This document shows, one piece after another, positions 26,535 to 36,901 of a stretch of 64,000 bases of DNA; position 1 is the first letter of the stretch; every line of letters starts with the position of its first letter. Source of the stretch: Candidatus Parcubacteria bacterium (GTDB lineage Bacteria > Patescibacteriota > Patescibacteriia > Patescibacteriales > UBA12465). A program made the translations under genes and the position numbers. The stretch is from NCBI GenBank assembly GCA_023444045.1, contig JAEZRQ010000001.1:66000-129999 (forward strand). Direction: 5' to 3'. The notes under the pieces are model-generated. The model had not been told where the DNA came from and made no database searches. It worked only from the letters and a program-made list of their open reading frames with translations.

Positions 26535-27500
26535 TTATTCACAACTAGCAGCCGCACTGGCAGCGGTAGTACCTTCACCAAAACCAGGAGCTGGGGTAGC
26601 TGATGAAAGAGTAGTAGAGCATTCTTCTGGAGCCTCTTCAAAGGCAGAACAAATAGTGGCTAATAAACTAGCGCTATCTCTACCAGAGGAAACTTCAGTG
26701 CCATTGATAATTAAAGTTGGAGACCCGCCAACACCATATTTAGCATTATCTTCTTTATAAACATTAAAGCCTGGGTAACTACCACGGAAGTCTTTATTGT
26801 TTTTAAAGTTTTCTTTTACGCTAAATTCTTTGTCAGTTTTAGCAACACAGGAATTCATTTTATTTTGATCAATCCCGGCAGAATCTAAACAAGCGGCGCC
26901 ATCACTATTTTTTAGGAAACATGTTAGGTACTCACTGTATTTATTATTTTGTTCTTTTTGAATACAGTACTGAACTAAACTTTCGTCTAATTCCTTTTCA
27001 CCATGCATCGCGTAGTCATTGAATTTAATTTCAAAATCAACTTTATTACCTAAGGTCTCAATTGCTGGTAAAATACCCTTTTCCATTTGAGTGCCGTATG
27101 GGCAGTGGGTCATGACAAATAATTCAACACTAGGCTTATCATTTTTAGGAATGTCTTGGGCTACTGGGGTTTGAGTAGAACCCTCACCGGTAGCTTCACC
27201 AGAAACCTCCTCCATATCTAGAGCTTGAGGGAAGAATAATTTTCCATCTTTAGAGACATATGAATCAACACTTTGTCCGTCACCGATATTAATTTTCATC
27301 TTATACATACCATAAGATTCAGTGACACTGGAGACAATAGCTTCGCTACCAGGTTGCATTAAATAGGTGTTTACAAAAGATTCAACTTTTGACCTGGCCT
27401 CTTCCGGTTTCAGGCTACCCTTCTTAGAAAAGGAGATACCAAGAACAACAGCGATTACTAGAACTAAGGCTGCTGCACCAAATATAATTCTTTTTTGCAT
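26535..27500 (-). CDS. membrane-anchored thioredoxin-fold (DsbA-like) protein with a CPYG motif
   Basis: N-terminal TM segment. VMTHCPYGTQ occupies the position of a CxxC active site. GGSPTLIING cis-Pro region. Confidence 0.6.
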   Translation of the reverse strand: MQKRIIFGAAALVLVIAVVLGISFSKKGSLKPEEARSKVESFVNTYLMQPGSEAIVSSVTESYGMYKMKINIGDGQSVDSYVSKDGKLFFPQALDMEEVSGEATGEGSTQTPVAQDIPKNDKPSVELFVMTHCPYGTQMEKGILPAIETLGNKVDFEIKFNDYAMHGEKELDESLVQYCIQKEQNNKYSEYLTCFLKNSDGAACLDSAGIDQNKMNSCVAKTDKEFSVKENFKNNKDFRGSYPGFNVYKEDNAKYGVGGSPTLIINGTEVSSGRDSASLLATICSAFEEAPEECSTTLSSATPAPGFGEGTTAASAAASCE

Positions 27501-27576
27501 AATTTTTATTAATTAATTTTTTATAATTCTTTGTTTATTATAGCGAAAAGCAACTCTAACGTCAAAGCTTTCTAAG

Positions 27577-28353
27577 TTAATTCGTTTTATCTAAAAAAGC
27601 TTGTAATTCTTGAGGTAAATCAATGGTAAAACTTTGTTTTTCGCCGTCTGAATCTTTAAAACTTAGTGAGGTTGCCGCTAAGAAGATCCTTCCTAAAGAC
27701 ACTTTCTCATTTTTTACTTTTGTTTTCTTGGTATAGTAGAGAGGGTCGCCAAGAAGTGGGTGTCCATAAGCAAACAGATGAACCCTGATTTGGTGGGTGC
27801 GCCCAGTTTTGATTTTTACTTTAAGCAAGGTGTAATTAACAAATCTTTTTAAAACACTAAACTCAGTGATGGCCTCCTTAGATTCTTCTTGGGCTCGTAA
27901 AATTCCCAAATCACGATTACTTGGTTTGTTTTTCTCATTAATCATTTTAGTACTACTAGGAATGGCGGCCATTTTATAACCATCTTTCGCTCGTTTAATT
28001 AAGAAATTAATAACATCTTCGTCTTTACTTATTTTTCCGTGGGCCAGAGCAATATATTCTTTATTTATTTTTCTAGCAACAAATTGTTTTTTAAAATAGT
28101 TAAAGGCCTTTTGATTTTTAGTAATTAACATTAAACCGCTAACCTCTTTATCAAGCCGGTGAACAATCCCTGGTCGCAGTGGGTCGTCCCCAATACCCTT
28201 TATTTGTGGGTATTTTTCTTTAAGCCAGTCAGTTAAGAGAATTTCATCTTTAACCCCCGGTCCCCCATGAACAACTAAACCGGCCGGCTTGTTTATCACC
28301 ACGTAATCATTATTTTCAAAAATTATTGGGATACTTATTTTTTCTTTTTTCAT
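27577..28353 (-). CDS. RluA-family pseudouridine synthase
   Basis: HRLDKEVSGLMLITKN catalytic Asp motif and GRTHQIRVH. Confidence 0.85.
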   Translation of the reverse strand: MKKEKISIPIIFENNDYVVINKPAGLVVHGGPGVKDEILLTDWLKEKYPQIKGIGDDPLRPGIVHRLDKEVSGLMLITKNQKAFNYFKKQFVARKINKEYIALAHGKISKDEDVINFLIKRAKDGYKMAAIPSSTKMINEKNKPSNRDLGILRAQEESKEAITEFSVLKRFVNYTLLKVKIKTGRTHQIRVHLFAYGHPLLGDPLYYTKKTKVKNEKVSLGRIFLAATSLSFKDSDGEKQSFTIDLPQELQAFLDKTN

Positions 28354-28357
28354 ATGG

Positions 28358-29797
28358 TTATAGCTTTTTATTTAATAAAATTTTTAAATCGTTAACCGTT
28401 AAACCTTTTGTGACAAATAGACTTAAAAAGTAAACTGTAATAGCTGTTACACATCCCAAGATCAACCCCGTCCAAGAATAGTAAAAAGATTCATTAATCA
28501 AAAGTAAAATTCCACCCATAATTAATGAGGAAATAATAGCCTTAGAAAATATTTTTAGAGCAGGTGTAAAGCTAGTATATTTAAAAACAATATAGGCCGA
28601 GAAGAGGGCAATTGCTACTTCACTATAAATTGTAATTGCTGCTGCCCCGTAATAGGAAAACTTTGGGATAAAAATTAAGTAAAGCAAAACAGAGGAAAGA
28701 CCAACAAAGATATAGGGGGCAATCATTTTTTTCTGTTGATTAATGGCAATAACAGCGTGAGCAAACATGCAGCCCAAAAAAATAGCCACCAAAGCAAAAA
28801 TTAATATTTTTAAGATAACTCCACTACCGGCAAATTCTGGTCCGGCCACTAAAACGATTATTGGTTTAGCTAGAACTAAAGCACCAGCAATAATTGGAAT
28901 TGAAAAAACCGCCATCAGATCAAAAGATTTTTGTAGGACTAATTTGAAGTAATCTTTTTTGTCTTCAAACCAAGAACTGGTCATAATTGGTAAAACAATC
29001 CCGGCAAACATAAAGGGCAGAGTTGTTAAAACATCAATAATGCGATAAGCCGCTCCGTATAAACCAACTTCTTCAGAACTTTTAATTAGGGAAAGAATTA
29101 AAGTGTCTGTTTTTAGGTATAATAAATTAAGAACAATCGTCACTGCTAAGGGCCAACTTTTTTTGATAACTTCTTTCCAAAGAGTAAAATCAAAACCTGG
29201 TTTTAATAAATACGATTTTCCAGCTAGTAGATAGGAGATAATAAAGTTAACGGCTGCTGCAATTACTGCTGCCCATAAAATGCCCATCAATCCACTTTCT
29301 ATTTTAATAGCTAAATAAGTTCCACCAAATAAAACTAAGCGGGAAATTGTTTCAGCAATCACTGCCTTATCCATACGTAATTTTTTCTGGAATAAGCCAA
29401 TTAGGATTTGATTTAAAGCCGGAAAAAGAAAAGAGAGGGCTGCTACCAGGATGCCAATTTTAATTACTGGAGAATATGGTAAGAATAAAGCAATGATTGG
29501 GGAGAGAGCTAAAAATAAAACAATTGAAACCAGACGTAAACCAAAAAGATTATTTAAAACTTTTTTTTCTTCCACTCCCGGGCGACTGATCATTTGGACT
29601 GTTACTAGGGTTAAGCCTAAGTCAGCGATAATCGCGAAGAAAGAAACAAAGTTAATAATAGTGGTGTAGTCGCCAAAACCAGATTGACCAAGATATCTGG
29701 CCATAATAGCTAGAGTCAGTAATCCTAAAATAGTGGAGATAACTTTGCCAACTACCTGAATTATGGTGTTATAGGCAATCTTTGAAGAAAGATTCAT
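28358..29797 (-). CDS. MOP-superfamily oligosaccharide/lipid flippase (Wzx/MurJ-like)
   Basis: 479-aa polytopic protein with about 14 TM segments and a typical polysaccharide-biosynthesis-protein layout. Confidence 0.65.
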   Translation of the reverse strand: MNLSSKIAYNTIIQVVGKVISTILGLLTLAIMARYLGQSGFGDYTTIINFVSFFAIIADLGLTLVTVQMISRPGVEEKKVLNNLFGLRLVSIVLFLALSPIIALFLPYSPVIKIGILVAALSFLFPALNQILIGLFQKKLRMDKAVIAETISRLVLFGGTYLAIKIESGLMGILWAAVIAAAVNFIISYLLAGKSYLLKPGFDFTLWKEVIKKSWPLAVTIVLNLLYLKTDTLILSLIKSSEEVGLYGAAYRIIDVLTTLPFMFAGIVLPIMTSSWFEDKKDYFKLVLQKSFDLMAVFSIPIIAGALVLAKPIIVLVAGPEFAGSGVILKILIFALVAIFLGCMFAHAVIAINQQKKMIAPYIFVGLSSVLLYLIFIPKFSYYGAAAITIYSEVAIALFSAYIVFKYTSFTPALKIFSKAIISSLIMGGILLLINESFYYSWTGLILGCVTAITVYFLSLFVTKGLTVNDLKILLNKKL

Positions 29798-29862
29798 TAG
29801 TTTGTCTTTTAATGTTTTTTTACGTATAATATTAGTAGCGTTTATAATTATATCAAAATAAT

Positions 29863-30297
29863 ATGCTTCTTGCTAAAAAACACCTATTATCACTGTTTTT
29901 TATTATTTCTTTTGCGGTTTTTCAATTTAACAGTCTTCCTCTGTTAAGTCCAGTAAGGGCTGATGACACTCTGCTTAATTCCCAATCGTTATTAAAAGAT
30001 GCCGCCGCTAATAATTATGGAAATAGTCCTAAGGATGTTCGGGTAATAATTTTAAGAGTCATTAAAACCTTGTTACAATTTTTAGCCTTTATTGTTGTTA
30101 TTTTAATTATCTTTGTTGGTTTTCAGTACATGACTTCTGGGGGTAATGAGGCTAAGACTAAAGAGGCGATTGGTCATTTTAAAGCTTTAATTATTGGTTT
30201 GATTATTATTTTAGCTTCTTGGGGAATAACTCGTTATATTCTTAACGTTCTTATTTGCACCACTACAGCCGATACCGAATGCCGTGGTTTCTGGTGA
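29863..30297 (+). CDS. TrbC/VirB2-like (T4SS-type) pilin-like secreted membrane protein
   Basis: Signal-like N-terminus followed by two TM helices bracketing FQYMTSGGNEAKTKEA. From memory, this resembles the CPR T4SS_pilin family. Confidence 0.4.
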   Translation: MLLAKKHLLSLFFIISFAVFQFNSLPLLSPVRADDTLLNSQSLLKDAAANNYGNSPKDVRVIILRVIKTLLQFLAFIVVILIIFVGFQYMTSGGNEAKTKEAIGHFKALIIGLIIILASWGITRYILNVLICTTTADTECRGFW

Positions 30298-30404
30298 TTT
30301 TGACAAAAGTGAAATTTTTGCTATCATATAAATAAAGCTAGTTGTTTCTACAATTAGCTTTTTCTATAATTATTTAACAGAAGCTTAGAGCTTCTCTTAA
30401 TCTT

Positions 30405-31637
30405 ATGTCTGAACTATCAAGTGCGATTAAGCAGGTTTGTGAAGAAAAAAATCTTGATTATGACACCGTGGTGTCAACTATTGAGCTTGCCTTAGCAGCC
30501 GCTTATCGTAAGGATTATGGTGAAAAAAACCAAAACATCAAGGTCAAATTTGATGTTAATACTGGTAAGAGCGAAATATTTGATGTTAAAACAGTCGTTG
30601 AAAATTTACCAGAACAGGAAGAAGCGGAGATGCTAGAACGTCTTTACGCACCACAGGACAAAAATACAAAAGATGATCTTGCTTATGAGCCAGAGCTGGA
30701 TGCTGAGGGAAAAGAAATTAAAAAGTTTAATCCCAAGACTGATATTCAGCTAAAAGAAGCTGCTATTTTAAAGTCCGGTGCTCAAGTAGGTGATGAGATT
30801 GTCACAGAACTGCCTATTCCAGATAGTTATGGTCGTATGGCCGCTCAAACCGCTAAACAAGTTATTATTCAAAAGCTAAGAGAAATGGAGCGGGATATGA
30901 TTTTTGGAGAATTTAAAGACAAGGAAGGCGAAGTTGTCTCTGGTATTGTTCAACGCCGCGAGGGTCGTCTAGTTTTTGTTGACCTTGGTAAGGCAATTGG
31001 TATTTTACCAGCCGAAGAACAAATCTATGGTGAAAGATATAATATCTCTGATCGCATTAAAGTTCACGTTAAAGAAGTTCGTGAAGGACATAAAGGTCCA
31101 GAAATAATCTTATCTCGCCGCAGTGAAGAGATTTTACGCAAAGTTTTCTATTTAGAGATTCCAGAAATTTCTAACGGTTTAGTGGAAATTAAATCAGTGG
31201 CCCGTGAAGCTGGTTCTCGTTCTAAGGTAGCAATTTATACTGAAGCAGAAAATGTTGATCCAGTTGGTTCCTGTGTGGGTCAACGTGGTTCTAGAATTCA
31301 AACTATCATTTCTGAGCTCGGTGGAGAAAAAGTTGATATTATTGAATATAATGAGGATCCAGCTAAATTTATTGCTAACGCTTTAGCGCCAGCAAAGATT
31401 ACTGATATTGAATTAAATGAACAGGAGCACAAAGCCGTTGTTAAAGTTGCCTCTGATAAATTATCTTTAGCGATTGGTAAAAGTGGTCAAAATGTGCGCT
31501 TAGCGGCTCACCTAACCGGTTGGAAGATTGATATTATTGAAGATGGTGGCAGCGGCGAAAAAATAGTTGATAGTGAGAACCCAGAAACAATAGAGGAGTT
31601 TGAAAAAAAACTTCAGGAAGAAACAGAGACAGAATAA
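30405..31637 (+). CDS. nusA: transcription termination/antitermination factor NusA
   Basis: NusA N-terminal domain, S1 domain (GEVVSGIVQRREGRLVFVDLG) and KH domains (GQRGSRIQ, GKSGQNVRLA). Confidence 0.9.
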   Translation: MSELSSAIKQVCEEKNLDYDTVVSTIELALAAAYRKDYGEKNQNIKVKFDVNTGKSEIFDVKTVVENLPEQEEAEMLERLYAPQDKNTKDDLAYEPELDAEGKEIKKFNPKTDIQLKEAAILKSGAQVGDEIVTELPIPDSYGRMAAQTAKQVIIQKLREMERDMIFGEFKDKEGEVVSGIVQRREGRLVFVDLGKAIGILPAEEQIYGERYNISDRIKVHVKEVREGHKGPEIILSRRSEEILRKVFYLEIPEISNGLVEIKSVAREAGSRSKVAIYTEAENVDPVGSCVGQRGSRIQTIISELGGEKVDIIEYNEDPAKFIANALAPAKITDIELNEQEHKAVVKVASDKLSLAIGKSGQNVRLAAHLTGWKIDIIEDGGSGEKIVDSENPETIEEFEKKLQEETETE

Positions 31638-31723
31638 AATATTTAATAAAAATTTTTAATAAAAAAATTGAGTTATTTATGCTTAACTTAAATAGCTAAG
31701 ATAAATAACCCACACTCAGATTT

Positions 31724-33715
31724 ATGATTAATTTAATCATTCTAGGTAGCGCTGCTCTAGCTATTGTTTATGGAGCAATCGTTATCCGCCTAATTCTTAA
31801 ATTGTCAGCTGGCAATGAAAGAATGAAAGAAATTGCGGCTGCTATTCAACAAGGGGCCAAGGCCTTCTTAAATCGCCAATATAAATCGGTAGCGATTGTG
31901 GCAGCAATTTTATTTTTAGTGATTGGTTTTGTGCCATCTTTAGGTTGGTTAACTGCCTTAGCTTTCTTAGCCGGTGCCATTTTATCAGCTCTTACCGGTT
32001 ACATCGGTATGTTTGTTAGCGTTCGCGCTAACGTTAGAACTACCGAGGCGGCTCGTGGTGGAATGCAAAAAGCTTTAAATGTCGCTGTTCGCGGCGGTTC
32101 TGTCACTGGGATGCTGGTTGTTGGCCTAGCTCTTCTTGGTACCGCTGGTTTTTATTTTATTACCAAAGATCTTAATGCTTTAATCGGCTTTGCTTTTGGT
32201 AGCTCCTTAATTTCTATCTTTGCTAGACTTGGTGGTGGTATCTATACTAAAGCCGCTGATGTTGGTGCTGACTTAGTTGGTAAAGTTGAAGCTTCTATTC
32301 CGGAAGACGATCCTCGTAATCCAGCAGTGATTGCTGATAATGTGGGTGATAATGTTGGTGATTGTGCTGGTATGGCCGCTGACTTATTTGAAACTTATGC
32401 GGTTACTTCTATTGCTACCATGTTCTTAGGCCATTTAACTTTTGCTAATAACGAAAACGTTATTCTTTATCCTTTAGTGTTAGGAGCGGTTTCTATTATT
32501 GCTTCTATCGTTGGTATTTTCTTTATCCGTTTAGGTAAAAAACAAAATATCATGAGAGCTTTATATAAAGGACTTATTGCTGCCGGTGTTTTATCAGCGA
32601 TCGCCTTTTATTTTGTTACTAGAATGTTTATTGCCGAAAACTCTCTTAATATCTTCTTGGCTAGTTTAATTGGTCTAGCAGTTACCGGATTACTAGTTGT
32701 TATTACTGAATACTATACTTCAACCAAATTCTCTCCAGTAAAAAGTATTGCTGAAGCATCAAGCACTGGTCATGGGACTAACGTAATTGCTGGACTAGCT
32801 GTTTCTATGAAATCAACTGCTTGGCCAATTATTGTGATTTGTTTAGCTATTTTTGGAGCTTACTCTTTAGCTGGTTTGTACGGTATTGCTGTTGCCGCTA
32901 TGGCGATGTTATCAATGGCTGGTATTATTGTGACAATTGATGCTTATGGTCCAATTACTGATAATGCTGGTGGTATTGCGGAGATGGCTGAGCTTGGTGA
33001 TGATGTTAGAGATATCACTGACCCATTAGATGCAGTTGGTAATACTACTAAAGCGGTTACCAAAGGTTATGCTATTGGTTCTGCTGCTCTAGCTGCTTTA
33101 GTTTTGTTTGCTGACTTTACTCACAAAATTAAAGTTGGTGGTGGCAGTGCTGAATTCTTAATTGATAATCCATACGTTTTAATTGGCTTATTTATTGGTG
33201 GCTTATTACCATATTATTTTGGGGCTTTAGCGATGAAAGCCGTTGGTAAAACAGCTGGTTCAGTAGTTGAGGATGTTCGTGCTCAATTTAAAGAAAAACC
33301 AGGCATCATGGCTAATACCGAGAAGCCAGATTATGGTAGAACAGTTGATATCGTTACTAAAGCCGCTATTCGCGAAATGATTATTCCAGCTTTAATTCCA
33401 GTTTTAACCCCAATTGTTATCGCTTTGATTTTCCATGGCCATAGCTTACATGTTTTAGGCGGTCTACTAGTCGGCTCTATTATTACCGGTGTCTTCGTGG
33501 CTATTTCTATGACATCAGGCGGTGGTGCTTGGGATAATGCTAAGAAATATATTGAACTTGGTTATTTTGGTGGCAAGGGATCTGACGCTCACAAAGCCGC
33601 TGTTACTGGTGACACTGTCGGTGATCCTTACAAAGACACTGCTGGTCCAGCAATTAATCCGATGATTAAAGTGTTAAACATTGTTGCCTTACTGATTGTT
33701 GGCTTATTGCTCTAA
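31724..33715 (+). CDS. hppA: membrane-bound proton-translocating pyrophosphatase
   Basis: [20 protein letters not shown] and [19 protein letters not shown] motifs. GNTTKA has Lys at the K+-dependence position. Confidence 0.9.
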   Translation: MINLIILGSAALAIVYGAIVIRLILKLSAGNERMKEIAAAIQQGAKAFLNRQYKSVAIVAAILFLVIGFVPSLGWLTALAFLAGAILSALTGYIGMFVSVRANVRTTEAARGGMQKALNVAVRGGSVTGMLVVGLALLGTAGFYFITKDLNALIGFAFGSSLISIFARLGGGIYTKAADVGADLVGKVEASIPEDDPRNPAVIADNVGDNVGDCAGMAADLFETYAVTSIATMFLGHLTFANNENVILYPLVLGAVSIIASIVGIFFIRLGKKQNIMRALYKGLIAAGVLSAIAFYFVTRMFIAENSLNIFLASLIGLAVTGLLVVITEYYTSTKFSPVKSIAEASSTGHGTNVIAGLAVSMKSTAWPIIVICLAIFGAYSLAGLYGIAVAAMAMLSMAGIIVTIDAYGPITDNAGGIAEMAELGDDVRDITDPLDAVGNTTKAVTKGYAIGSAALAALVLFADFTHKIKVGGGSAEFLIDNPYVLIGLFIGGLLPYYFGALAMKAVGKTAGSVVEDVRAQFKEKPGIMANTEKPDYGRTVDIVTKAAIREMIIPALIPVLTPIVIALIFHGHSLHVLGGLLVGSIITGVFVAISMTSGGGAWDNAKKYIELGYFGGKGSDAHKAAVTGDTVGDPYKDTAGPAINPMIKVLNIVALLIVGLLL

Positions 33716-33738
33716 GATAGATTTTTGGGAAAAAGAAA

Positions 33739-33772
33739 AAGCCTCTAGTTATTTTTTAACTAGAGGCTTTTA
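33739..33772. terminator. strong bidirectional terminator
   Basis: 13-bp stem AAGCCTCTAGTTA / TAACTAGAGGCTT with a T5 loop, flanked by A and T runs. Confidence 0.8.
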
Positions 33773-33869
33773 TAAAAGGAAAATAAGGAGGTGACGGTTC
33801 TTGTTCTCTGTCGGGCTCAAATAGATGAGGGGACAGAATTACCCGTTTAGAAACAAATGTTTACCTGGT

Positions 33870-34313
33870 TTATTCCGGAACACATAAAACTTCATTTATC
33901 ACTTCAATAAAGATAGGTTTAATGAAGTTTTTTAATTCATTGGTGGTAAGGTGAGGCTCTAAACCTTTCTGGTTTATTTCCTTAGTCAGTCGCGGCAACT
34001 CTCTTTTGTAGTTGTCAAAGATGACGCTACTTTGTCTAATGTGCATTTTAACCGCTTGTTTTAGGACAGTAATTTCATCTTCTGGTTTTAAGTGAACCGG
34101 AACACTTTCTTTACTAATCCGCCCACAGGCCGCACTAATCGCTTCGTGGAGTTTGTTTGGGCAAACTTCCATTTTAGCCGCTAAACAACCAAGTTCGCGT
34201 TTATCAAAATTCCCATTCTCATTGAGCACATAAAACTCGTTAAGCAATTTTTTGGTGACGTAGTCATCAAAAATAATTCTGGCGATCAGGAGCCACCTGT
34301 TGTCCTTCTCCAT
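33870..34313 (-). CDS. hypothetical protein
   Basis: 147-aa ORF. No family recognised. Confidence 0.5.
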   Translation of the reverse strand: MEKDNRWLLIARIIFDDYVTKKLLNEFYVLNENGNFDKRELGCLAAKMEVCPNKLHEAISAACGRISKESVPVHLKPEDEITVLKQAVKMHIRQSSVIFDNYKRELPRLTKEINQKGLEPHLTTNELKNFIKPIFIEVINEVLCVPE

Positions 34314-34475
34314 GTTATAAATTTTAAAGTTCTAAAGTCTGGCACTATACCAGGCCTCCATATATTGGTATGAAAGTTAAAAAAAGTCAAGGATAATGAG
34401 CTTGAGGCTTGATTTTTCACCTCTAAGTGATATAGTATAAACTCATAAATATCCTTTAGATAAAATAAAAAAACT

Positions 34476-35777
34476 ATGCAAGTAACTAAAAAAGAGTTAG
34501 AAAAATCACAAATTGAGCTGTTAGTAGAACTTTCTGTTGAGGAATTTTCTCCTTATATTAGCAAAGGAGCTCAAAAAATAGCCGAAAAGGTAAAAATTGA
34601 AGGCTTTCGCCCCGGAAAAGCGCCGTTAGAAATTGTTAAGCAAAAAGTTGGCGAAATGAGTATTTTAGAGGAAGCCGCTCATTTAGCGATTAACAAAACA
34701 ATTGATGATGTTTTAGATCAAAATACTGGCGATCGTCCAGCGGTTGGTCAGCCAAAAGTAGAAATTACCAAACTAGCCCCTGAGAATCCATTAGAATACA
34801 AAGTGATAACCGCGATTATGCCGACCTTAACTCTAGGCAAATACAAAGACTTAGGTATTAAACCAGAAGAAGCTAAAGTAGAAGAGCTTGATGTTGAGAA
34901 AACTCTAAAAGAACTGCAAGAAATGCGTGTTAAAGAGGTTTTATCGGAAGATGGCGCCACTGATTCAGATAAAGTTTTGCTTAATGTAGAAATGTTTTTA
35001 GATAAAGTCCCGGTTGAAGGCGGGCAGACTAAAGATTTGGCAGTCATTCTAGGAAAGAATTACTTTGTGGCTGGTTTTGATAAGGAAATTTTAGGAATTA
35101 AAGTTAATGAAGAAAAAACTTTTTCTCTACCTTTCCCTAAAGACCACCACCAGAAAAATTTGGCCGGTAAAAATGTAGAGTTTAAAGTAAAAGCAACCTC
35201 AGTTTTTAAAAGAGAATTGCCGGAGATTAATGATGAGTTTGCGGTTGGTTTTAGATTTAAAGATTTAGTGGATTTAAAAAATACTTTAAAGGAAAACATC
35301 TTAACTGACAGAAAGAATAAAGCTGGTCGCAAAGCGGAAGTGGAAATGCTTGATAAGATTGTAGAAGCAGCTAAATTTGGTGATCTCCCGGAAGCAATGG
35401 TGGAGAGCGAAACCCATCACATGATGCATGAAGTTGAAGAGGATTTAGCTAAACAGGGCGGTAATATGGCTGACTACTTACAACATATTGGCAAAACTCA
35501 CAATGAGTTTGTTTTGGATCTCTTACCTAGTGCTGTTAAGCGAGTAAAAACCGCTTTACTTATGAAAGAGGTTGCTAAAGCCGAAAAACTAACAGTTAGC
35601 GATCAAGAGGTGAGCGATAAAATTAATGAACTACTTCTAGCTCATAAAGATAATAAAGAGTTAGAAAAAATGGCTCAGGAAAAATCGTATCGTCGCTATG
35701 TTGCTAATATTTTAGAAAACGAAAAAGTCTTAACTAAATTAAAGGAATGGAATTATGCCGATTCTGGCAACAAATAA
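34476..35777 (+). CDS. tig: trigger factor
   Basis: The N-terminal ribosome-binding region has GFRPGKAP. The FKBP-like middle domain and C-terminal arm layout are present. Confidence 0.85.
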   Translation: MQVTKKELEKSQIELLVELSVEEFSPYISKGAQKIAEKVKIEGFRPGKAPLEIVKQKVGEMSILEEAAHLAINKTIDDVLDQNTGDRPAVGQPKVEITKLAPENPLEYKVITAIMPTLTLGKYKDLGIKPEEAKVEELDVEKTLKELQEMRVKEVLSEDGATDSDKVLLNVEMFLDKVPVEGGQTKDLAVILGKNYFVAGFDKEILGIKVNEEKTFSLPFPKDHHQKNLAGKNVEFKVKATSVFKRELPEINDEFAVGFRFKDLVDLKNTLKENILTDRKNKAGRKAEVEMLDKIVEAAKFGDLPEAMVESETHHMMHEVEEDLAKQGGNMADYLQHIGKTHNEFVLDLLPSAVKRVKTALLMKEVAKAEKLTVSDQEVSDKINELLLAHKDNKELEKMAQEKSYRRYVANILENEKVLTKLKEWNYADSGNK

Positions 35778-36219
35778 AAAAGCGTTATTTGATTATAAGT
35801 TTCTTGAAACAATAGAGGCTGGCCTTGTTTTATTTGGTCATGAAGTAAAATCAATTAAAAGCGGACACGTTAGTTTAAAAGGGTCATACTTTTCTTTTAG
35901 ATACAATAATGGTCAGCCAGAGATCTATTTAATTGGTTCTCATGTCTCCAAATATAAGCAAGCGGGTCATTTAGATGATTATAATCCAGATAGGGAACGT
36001 AAGGTTTTATTGAAGAAAAAAGAGATCATCAGACTGTTAAATAAGAAAGAGGATGGTGGCTTGACACTGGTGCCAGTTAAAATATATACTAAGCATAGTT
36101 TAATTAAGATAGAGTTGGCTTTAGCTCAGGGAAAGAAGCAATATGACAAGCGGGCCGACCTTAAAAAACGAGATTTGGATCGCCAAATCAGTACTTTAAT
36201 GAAGCGAAGATTAAACTAG
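35755..36219 (+). CDS. smpB: SsrA-binding protein SmpB
   Basis: ATNKKALFDYKFLETIEAGLVLFGHEVKSIK and a basic C-terminal tail. Confidence 0.9.
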   Translation: MPILATNKKALFDYKFLETIEAGLVLFGHEVKSIKSGHVSLKGSYFSFRYNNGQPEIYLIGSHVSKYKQAGHLDDYNPDRERKVLLKKKEIIRLLNKKEDGGLTLVPVKIYTKHSLIKIELALAQGKKQYDKRADLKKRDLDRQISTLMKRRLN

Positions 36220-36598
36220 GGGGATGTCGGGCTTTCGATAGTGAGACTCTCTCTTTAAAGGCGCAAGACGTGGTAAGTCACCACGTAAAAAGACTTAAAA
36301 AAACAATTGGCAAAAAATCTGCCGCATTTACTTGGTTAGTTCCAAGTTATGCTCCTGTTGTCGCTTAATATAGCCACAACCATCAGCCTAGCGACGCTTT
36401 ATAGCTAGTTACTGGTGTCATTTATAAAGCTAGAACTCTTAGGTGCTTTCCTTGAGAGTCTTGAAAACAAAGAAAGATAGTATTAATTTTTTTCTTCTGG
36501 CTAATTAGAATTAATGCGAAAATTTTTAACCAGAATAATCTTGTAGAAGCGTTTAAAGTGACTTGCTAGACATGGGTTCAACTCCCATCATCTCCACA
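36220..36598 (+). ncRNA. ssrA: tmRNA (SsrA)
   Basis: The 5' GGGGATG pairs with the 3' CATCTCC, including a G3:U pair. T-arm ATGGG-TTCAACT-CCCAT. An internal tag ORF ends at the TAA at 36365-36367 (..SYAPVVA). It starts directly after the smpB stop. Confidence 0.85.
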
Positions 36599-36617
36599 TT
36601 TATTTTTTAATAAGTTA

Positions 36618-36701
36618 GCCGCGGTGGCGGAATTGGTAGACGCGCTGGACTTAAAATCCAGTTGTGGCGACACAGTGCGGGTTCGATTCCCGCCCGCGGC
36701 A
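36618..36701 (+). tRNA. tRNA-Leu (anticodon UAA)
   Basis: Cloverleaf folded by hand: acceptor GCCGCGG/CCGCGGC, anticodon loop CTTAAAA, long variable arm, T-loop TTCGATT. No encoded CCA. Confidence 0.9.
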
Positions 36702-36761
36702 CATGACTTTTTTAAAAGTTGATTAGAAAATAGATATTTGCTATATCTTTATATAGCTTAT

Positions 36762-36833
36762 GCGGGTATCGTATAGTGGTTATTATGCGACCTTGCCAAG
36801 GTCGAGAGACGGGTTCGATTCCCGTTACCCGCT
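36762..36833 (+). tRNA. tRNA-Gly (anticodon GCC)
   Basis: Acceptor GCGGGTA/TACCCGC, anticodon stem CGACC/GGTCG, loop TTGCCAA, T-arm ACGGG-TTCGATT-CCCGT. Confidence 0.9.
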
Positions 36834-36901
36834 CACATAAAAAGGCTCCGTTGGGGGTCTTTTTTATTTTTTAAATTAGCAGTAGAATGTAAATAATATT
36901 T

